DNA of 64,000 bases from contig OY969724.1 of the NCBI GenBank assembly GCA_963702205.1, positions 3,232,001 to 3,296,000 on the forward strand, read 5' to 3'. The stretch's first letter is position 1. Every line of letters begins with the position of its first letter. The DNA comes from an uncultured candidate division Zixibacteria bacterium. GTDB lineage: Bacteria > Zixibacteria > MSB-5A5 > GN15 > PGXB01. Made by a program: the position numbers and the translations under genes. This document shows, in pieces, positions 57,933 through 64,000 of the stretch. Under the pieces are notes generated by a model. The model saw only the letters and a list, made by a program, of their open reading frames with translations. It was not told where the DNA came from and did no database searches.

Positions 57933-59729
57933 CTATAATTTAACCAGTTCAACCCGCCGATTATTGGCTTTGCCCTCCGCGGATTCATTGGTGTCGATAG
58001 CTTTCGACTCGCCCCAGCCTTTGGCTTCGAGACGGTCACCGCCGACACCGAAACTATTCATCAGGTATGATCGAACCGATTCGGCCCGATTTTGCGACAG
58101 GGTCATATTGCCGTCATCGGAGCCGTCGCTGTCGGTATGGCCTTCAATCGACAATCGAAGCGCGGGATCGTCCTGCATTAACTCCCCGATCTCTTTCAGG
58201 GTTTTATACGATTCGCCCTTGATCGTGCAGGAATTGACATCGAATAAAATACCGTGGGTGACGATTTTGCCGGATTCGTCCAGCTGTTCGCGCATGCTTT
58301 TACCGCCTTCAGCAAAGCGGAAACCACGGAATAATGCGGGATTTTCGGGATTGCTGCGCGGACTCACGCCCAAAACAAAACCGACCGGATTAAAACCTTC
58401 CACGTTGGGGACATTAGCCACTCTTTCCTGGTCGAAATAACATTTTATTGATCGGTCGGTCGCCATTATCCGCAAAAGGTGCGGTCCCGGACTGAATGAT
58501 TCGGACAGGTTCTTACTGGCCTTGCTTGTCCCGAATATACTCAAATTAGTGCCGGATGACCCGGATGAACTAAAATACCCGATCGAATTATTCTTGGCAT
58601 CCACCCAATGGATATAAAAATTCGCCAGCGAGACATTGCCTTTATTCATGTAGACTACGAGTTCGACAGTATACTTTTTGGGCAGAGGCCCGGCCGGAAT
58701 TTTGGGACTGATTTTGCCAACGTCCGTGCAAAGAATCCAGAACTCTCCTCCCATGCGGGCGATTTCAAAGACACCATGATCAAGGTTCCAACGGTACGGG
58801 AATTCGCCTTCTTCCTCATTGCTCATATCATCATAAAATATGACCTTATCGCCGGGCACGAAATCGAACTTGGTATACAAAGTCATGTCTTCGGCGACGT
58901 TCTTTTTGGGAGCCGCTGATACTGCGGTCGTGGCGGCACCGGTTGAACCACCCTGCTGGTTTTCACCTCCCGTTGAACCGGCGGCACCGGAAGAACCGTA
59001 CTCGGCCGTATATTGACCCTGGCCGGTATAGCGGAAATAGTCTTTCGGGGTTTCTTTAGCGATTTCGTTGACGGCCTTGCGCAGGACCTCGCGGATCGCG
59101 TCTTCCATCGGTGCGTTGGAGTAGGCGCCCAGTGCTCCGGCCATGGCGACGTCTTTGGTCCAGCCTCCTCCGGCCGCACCGGCTTTCCACTTGCTCGATT
59201 TCGCTTCGAGCGACATAGCTTTGATAATTCTCCGGGAACGAATATCGATCAGTTTGATATCCATATTAATCTGGGCCGACTTTTTGGATATTCCGGCCGC
59301 ACCGAAAGCCTTTTTGGTCAGTCCCCCGAGGGCCCCGCCGCCGCCGCCTGCGTCCGGCTCGAAGCCGGTGACGGCTCCCGTCACGAGGACGTCGGCGCCT
59401 TCCATCAACCCTTTATCCGGCCCGCGACCCGATTCGACATATTCGGATTCACCGAGGTCGATCTCATCGATCAACTCATCGACTTCCTCCTGAGATGCCA
59501 GCACTATAAATTTATCGTTATTGGCCAGGGCGGTCGAAAGCATTTCCCCAATAGCCCGGGCTTCGTCCGATGAACAATCGGCCTTGTCCTTGATCGTCCC
59601 GACCGTGATTCGGGCTTTGTTTCCCTGATAGGTGATATTGTCTTGCATATCCCCGACGGCGAGGCCGGACCAGAAGACAATACAAACCAAGAGGATTAGC
59701 GACAAAAGAGTAAAACGAGACCTTGGCAT
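57933..59729 (-). CDS. CsgG-like domain fused to an OmpA-family peptidoglycan-binding protein
   Basis: N-terminal ML.TAL....F.V...GADVLVTGAVTGFE...DIKLID; C-terminal GILFD...IEGHTD...LSQNRAESV...NNRRVE. Confidence 0.85.
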   Translation of the reverse strand: MPRSRFTLLSLILLVCIVFWSGLAVGDMQDNITYQGNKARITVGTIKDKADCSSDEARAIGEMLSTALANNDKFIVLASQEEVDELIDEIDLGESEYVESGRGPDKGLMEGADVLVTGAVTGFEPDAGGGGGALGGLTKKAFGAAGISKKSAQINMDIKLIDIRSRRIIKAMSLEAKSSKWKAGAAGGGWTKDVAMAGALGAYSNAPMEDAIREVLRKAVNEIAKETPKDYFRYTGQGQYTAEYGSSGAAGSTGGENQQGGSTGAATTAVSAAPKKNVAEDMTLYTKFDFVPGDKVIFYDDMSNEEEGEFPYRWNLDHGVFEIARMGGEFWILCTDVGKISPKIPAGPLPKKYTVELVVYMNKGNVSLANFYIHWVDAKNNSIGYFSSSGSSGTNLSIFGTSKASKNLSESFSPGPHLLRIMATDRSIKCYFDQERVANVPNVEGFNPVGFVLGVSPRSNPENPALFRGFRFAEGGKSMREQLDESGKIVTHGILFDVNSCTIKGESYKTLKEIGELMQDDPALRLSIEGHTDSDGSDDGNMTLSQNRAESVRSYLMNSFGVGGDRLEAKGWGESKAIDTNESAEGKANNRRVELVKL

Positions 59730-59832
59730 AGTCTTCCTCCTTTTTACCTTGGATTTTTAATTATATTTTAAGTCTAAACAATATATAGACAGCCTCGCCG
59801 GACTGTCCACTACTTTTGAGAATTTTTTGCGG

Positions 59833-60582
59833 CTACTTTATTTGAATTGATTTCAATTTTTCGCGCGTGGACGGCGAGTACCAGATATCCGTAAACCGCT
59901 GCAGCAATTCAGCTTCATAGAGGCGCATACGCTCGAAAATCGGCCGACGCAGCAGTTCTTTGATCGCACCAAAAGAGATCAGATCGACCGACATATACTG
60001 CCCCGCCTTATCCAGAATCTTCTTATTGAAGTCATCCTCATACGCCGTATCATCGACCAGCCCCATGTTGAGCGCGCCCTCGGCCGAATACATTTCCCCG
60101 AAGCCCGCGATAATTTCTGCCCGGCGGCAGCCGCACAGGAATTTGAGCATTTCCATGGCCCCGTGGAATACAGTCGAACCGAAAGTTACTTCGTTAAGAG
60201 CGATACGATAACGCCCGATCATCATGATGCGCCAGTCGCAGGCGGTCGCCAGCATGCAGCCCCCGGCGATAGCATGACCGTTGATCGCCGCTATTACCGG
60301 CTTGGGATAGATGAATATCAGGCTGTACAAATCCGTGAACCTGGTTATGAATCGGATGAAATCCTCGGGTTTGTAATCGTACAATTCGGGCACGTCCAGT
60401 CCGAACGAGAAAAACTTATCGGTCCCGGTCAGCATGACAACGTGAGCATCGTCGTTTTCTTCCAGCTGATGAAAGGTACTGCCCAACTGCTCGACGTGCT
60501 CCTCGTTTAAGGCGTGTACTTTTCCGCGCTCCATGCGCACCGTGGCGATATGATTTTCAATAGTAGTATGTACAAACGGCAT
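59833..60582 (-). CDS. Enoyl-CoA hydratase/isomerase
   Basis: FSFGLD, PKPVIAAINGHAIAGG, ACDWR, LNEV. Confidence 0.92.
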   Translation of the reverse strand: MPFVHTTIENHIATVRMERGKVHALNEEHVEQLGSTFHQLEENDDAHVVMLTGTDKFFSFGLDVPELYDYKPEDFIRFITRFTDLYSLIFIYPKPVIAAINGHAIAGGCMLATACDWRIMMIGRYRIALNEVTFGSTVFHGAMEMLKFLCGCRRAEIIAGFGEMYSAEGALNMGLVDDTAYEDDFNKKILDKAGQYMSVDLISFGAIKELLRRPIFERMRLYEAELLQRFTDIWYSPSTREKLKSIQIK

Positions 60583-60689
60583 TTTGTCCTCCGTACTATA
60601 TTTATATGCGGTTCATGAATGGCGGCATCATTAAAACAGACCTTTATTCTCCAATATACGCCTTCCCGTCAAAATAACTCATAATTATA

Positions 60690-61343
60690 TTAGGTGACAG
60701 CTATCCTGAACCGGCAAAACATGCCACCCCGAAGAGCGGATTCTATAAGTTCCACTTCGACCGGACGGTCCAGCATAAGTTCGTACCATTCCTTCACGTA
60801 TCCGAGCGAGCAATCGCAGTACGTTCCCGATAATCCCTCGGGATGAGATTCGGTCAGGGTGCAGAGGCACTGCCCCGCTTCTGCGGGAAGACCGGTTTCG
60901 GCGGCAGAGCTGAACATGAAATGAATAACGTTGTCTTCGACACGAATCGAACCATCGCTGACATTTTCTTCAACCCAGGTTTTATACTTTTCGAGAGTAA
61001 TCGGATTGATCTTCCGGCCGGACTCCTCGATCCAGGCCCGGTAGCATTTGCGGCCGTTGGCCATCATTATTTTGCGCCGGGTCGGCTCGTCCAGATTTTC
61101 GTCGAGGACGTCCATAAACCGCTTGAGCCATTTTTCGGCAAACTCCATGCGGACTTCGGATCTCGGTTTTTCGACCGACTCGGGCGGGATGCCTGAGGAT
61201 TCATCGGCATTGGCGTTCATCAATCCTCCCATCAGGACACAGGCACAGGTGCCGACACAGCAGCGCCCTGCGCTTTTTAAAAATTCTTTTCGATTCATCG
61301 GTATATCAGACATAGTCACCTCACGATATTTATATTTGAACAA
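60690..61343 (-). CDS. Cys-rich DUF6144-like protein with a Tat-like leader
   Basis: NRKEFLK leader, GRKC, CLC, YCDCSLG, SALRGG..CRF; start likely 61313. Confidence 0.65.
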   Translation of the reverse strand: MFKYKYREVTMSDIPMNRKEFLKSAGRCCVGTCACVLMGGLMNANADESSGIPPESVEKPRSEVRMEFAEKWLKRFMDVLDENLDEPTRRKIMMANGRKCYRAWIEESGRKINPITLEKYKTWVEENVSDGSIRVEDNVIHFMFSSAAETGLPAEAGQCLCTLTESHPEGLSGTYCDCSLGYVKEWYELMLDRPVEVELIESALRGGMFCRFRIAVT

Positions 61344-61437
61344 CGTCCAACTATATTCTGGTATTCAATATATAACATATAACGAAATTAAAGGCCGTGA
61401 GTTTAAAACCAGGCTAAGCTGTCGATGCCCGGCGGAT

Positions 61438-61767
61438 TTACCATTTCTTAAATATAAAAAAGACGGCGGCAATAATAAAGCCGAAACCGACGATATAATT
61501 CCACTTGATTTCCTCTTTGAGATACAAGACAGAAAAGACGCAAAACACTACCAGCGTGATTATTTCCTGAATGGTTTTCAACTGCGCCGCAGTGAACATC
61601 CCGTGACCTATCCGGTTGGCCGGGACCTGGAAACAATATTCAAAAAAGGCAATGCCCCAGCTAACGAAAATCACCGCCAAAAGCGGGGCCTTTTTATACT
61701 TCAGATGGCCATACCAGGCAAAAGTCATGAATATATTAGAGATTGTCAAAAGCAAGATGGTTTTCAT
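61438..61767 (-). CDS. DMT-family small membrane protein
   Basis: SNIFMTFAWYGHLK...SWGIAFFEYCFQVPANRIG...QLKTIQEIITL. Confidence 0.9.
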   Translation of the reverse strand: MKTILLLTISNIFMTFAWYGHLKYKKAPLLAVIFVSWGIAFFEYCFQVPANRIGHGMFTAAQLKTIQEIITLVVFCVFSVLYLKEEIKWNYIVGFGFIIAAVFFIFKKW

Positions 61768-61870
61768 ACGGGCCTTTTCCTTTTATGCATCAATATTTCA
61801 GCCGGATTACAGCGGATATATTAATTCAGGAGGTGCCCGTATGGCAATATAAATCCGTCAGTATATGTTC

Positions 61871-63826
61871 TTACGGCTCCGGTCTTATCCGGACGCGGCG
61901 TTTGACCGTCTGTTCCCCGGTAGATACCAGGATATTATAGGTTCCTTCCGGCTGCCCGGTAATGTCGAGCGGCAGAATAGTGTCTTTCACAGCAGGATAG
62001 TCTTTTTCGAAAACGACAACTTTAGTGGAATCCGATTCGATTTTTATCTGCACATCGCTCGGGTCATCGGCGAATAAATACAGATCAAACGGCCCGCCTG
62101 TCCGAGTCGGAAATAGTCGGACCAGAGGCAAAGTGTCAGATATTTCCGCCGGCGGGGCGTCTTCGGAAGCGGTAAAACAGAAATTTATATCCCGCCCGAA
62201 ATCGGAATCGAAATTTTTGAGCAAATGCCCGTTCATATCCAGCAGGCGAACATACCCGTAACCGCCCTCGGTATTGAACCAGAATTCGAGGCCATCACCG
62301 GCCGTATCGGAAACGAGAAATTGATAGCAGCCCGGCTCCAGCGTAATGGTGTCGCGATAGGTCGAATCCGCGACCAGCGAGCCCAGCGCCCGCCCCTGCA
62401 CTATAATGCCGTCGCCATCGGATATCTGGTACGAATTATGCCACGGTTCATTATTGGTCCTGAAGACAAGAATGAATTTATTGTCGATCTCCGGCTGGAT
62501 TTTGGCAGTCGATGATGCCTTGTTGTCATCCGGGCATTCGTCGGTCATTCCGTTGGGCTTTTCGAGCGCTACCGTAAACGTCCGGCTGCCGCTTTCCGGC
62601 GAAAAACCTCCCGGCAGCGTGACATCTTCTATCTGCTGCGAGGCCAGATTTCCCCTCCATTTATATGTCGACATCTCCCCGCCTTCATAGCCGTAATGAA
62701 TCATAACCGAGTTGAGTTCTTCGCGGCCGTTGTTCTTTATCTTGAGTTCCGGCTGGCTGCAGAGCGGGTTCAGGCGGGAATATTCATCGTCGGTATTGGG
62801 CGAGATTATCTCGTCGACCGAAACGTCGTTGGCCGCCCATGGTTCAGTGCAATAAAAAAGGTAGGAATAAATACAATAATTCGCAGTCGGATGGTTCGGA
62901 TCGACATACGATTGCATATCGATATTAACCGAGTATGTCGACCCGGGTTTGATTGCAAAATCGTAATCATCGGGAGCGACAATCGAACCGGGACACCAGT
63001 TGGCGCGGTCGAAAATCCACGTGCCCGCCTGCGGATAGAGCGGATTACTTCCGCACTGTTGCCAGATTTCCCTGTGATCGATCAGCGTCGTGTCCAGATA
63101 AACCCGACGATATTTCTTGCAAAACTCGGCGCAGTTTTCGTAGTCATCCATGCCGTGCCCGGTCTGCACTATGCGCATGCGGGCGATTTTGGCCTTATCG
63201 TTCGAAAATGAGACGGGTGTAAGCAGGCTTTCTATCGGTTTTGATGTGTCACCGTACGGAAACGTCCCGCACCAGAGGGTATCCATACCAAGGCATTGCA
63301 TCGCCGGACGGCCCTCGGTCAGAGCAAAATCAACCGTAACTTTCCAGCCGCGATCGGTATTGCTTTCGTAACCGCCGTGACGAAACACCACTTCGACCGA
63401 ATCGTGCAGCAAAAAAGCGAAGTCGGTTATATCGACGTGCCATCTAAAATGCCAGGTCGAATCGAACCACCAGCCATACGGTGAAATTATCCGCGCCAGC
63501 TCCAGATCGAGCGTATCGCCGTTGCCTTTGTACTGCCGCAGCCAGACGTTGTCGATATAGTCCCATTCTCCGCAGTGAAGGCTGTCGGGACATTCAAAGG
63601 TTACATACAGCACTGCTTTTCTATATTGCACGCTGTCGGGCGGAAACAACGTCGTGCTCGGGTACAGGCTGAAGCCTTTCGACGGATCGGTCCTCGCTAT
63701 TATCTTATCATGGCTGACAACATGAACCACGTCCCCCTGTCCGGCCTGAACTGGTTGAAACGTATACATAAATATGATTACAACGGCGACAAAGATAACC
63801 GCAGCAAAGACGTTTGATATTTTCAA
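61871..63826 (-). CDS. Peptide-N-glycosidase F-related secreted protein
   Basis: GEWDY, ELARIISPYG, TGHG...CAEFC, GTWIFDRANWCPG; Ig-like and sorting-like C-terminal domains. Confidence 0.85.
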   Translation of the reverse strand: MKISNVFAAVIFVAVVIIFMYTFQPVQAGQGDVVHVVSHDKIIARTDPSKGFSLYPSTTLFPPDSVQYRKAVLYVTFECPDSLHCGEWDYIDNVWLRQYKGNGDTLDLELARIISPYGWWFDSTWHFRWHVDITDFAFLLHDSVEVVFRHGGYESNTDRGWKVTVDFALTEGRPAMQCLGMDTLWCGTFPYGDTSKPIESLLTPVSFSNDKAKIARMRIVQTGHGMDDYENCAEFCKKYRRVYLDTTLIDHREIWQQCGSNPLYPQAGTWIFDRANWCPGSIVAPDDYDFAIKPGSTYSVNIDMQSYVDPNHPTANYCIYSYLFYCTEPWAANDVSVDEIISPNTDDEYSRLNPLCSQPELKIKNNGREELNSVMIHYGYEGGEMSTYKWRGNLASQQIEDVTLPGGFSPESGSRTFTVALEKPNGMTDECPDDNKASSTAKIQPEIDNKFILVFRTNNEPWHNSYQISDGDGIIVQGRALGSLVADSTYRDTITLEPGCYQFLVSDTAGDGLEFWFNTEGGYGYVRLLDMNGHLLKNFDSDFGRDINFCFTASEDAPPAEISDTLPLVRLFPTRTGGPFDLYLFADDPSDVQIKIESDSTKVVVFEKDYPAVKDTILPLDITGQPEGTYNILVSTGEQTVKRRVRIRPEP

Positions 63827-63937
63827 TTTAATTTCCCTCTCATATTACATATAGACCCAAAGTAATATTTTAGATAATCCCGCCGCATTTGTCTATTTGT
63901 TTTTAATTCTTGCAGGTCAAGCCCACTTGGGGGGTCG

Positions 63938-64000
63938 CCCACAGCTTGCTGTGGGTTCCGTCGATTTAATGATCCAAACAATCAGTCCCACAGCAAGCTG
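63938..64000. repeat. REP-like inverted palindrome pair (truncated by window end)
   Basis: CCCACAGC-TT-GCTGTGGG at 63938-63955 and the inverted CCCACAGC-AA-GCTG... from 63987. Confidence 0.7.

Noticed and set aside
1..64000. CRISPR array, integron attC array, prophage, IS transposase
   Set aside because: No regularly spaced repeats, cas, intI, phage or transposase genes were seen; the repeats found are kb apart and tRNA-derived or promoter-linked.

Overview
Bacterial chromosomal window, most likely candidate phylum Zixibacteria (inferred from the C-terminal 'GDxNGDGxxNLLDILYLI' dockerin-like tails). A minus-strand tRNA-Met(CAT) at 55159-55232 has its 3' end repeated three more times (3920, 41789, 44629). 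The copies split about 51 kb into three tandem segments, and no integrase is visible in any of them. (i) A ~38 kb Wzx/Wzy exopolysaccharide locus rich in acylation and deacylation enzymes, with two secreted beta-helix proteins sharing a near-identical 1 kb tract but carrying different C-terminal tails. (ii) A 2.8 kb two-gene cassette. (iii) A ~10.5 kb stress-type island with paired LuxR regulators, paired ECF sigmas, paired stand-alone ATP cones and several small membrane proteins. A ~35-bp motif with a TCAATC-N8-GATTGA core sits in front of the island (iii) transcription units and also abuts two of the tRNA-fragment junctions. The flanks hold a multi-PAS hybrid kinase (left) and envelope/metabolic genes, a candidate sigma54-driven sRNA and a REP-like doublet (right). 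All calls are from reading the sequence and from family knowledge; no searches were run.
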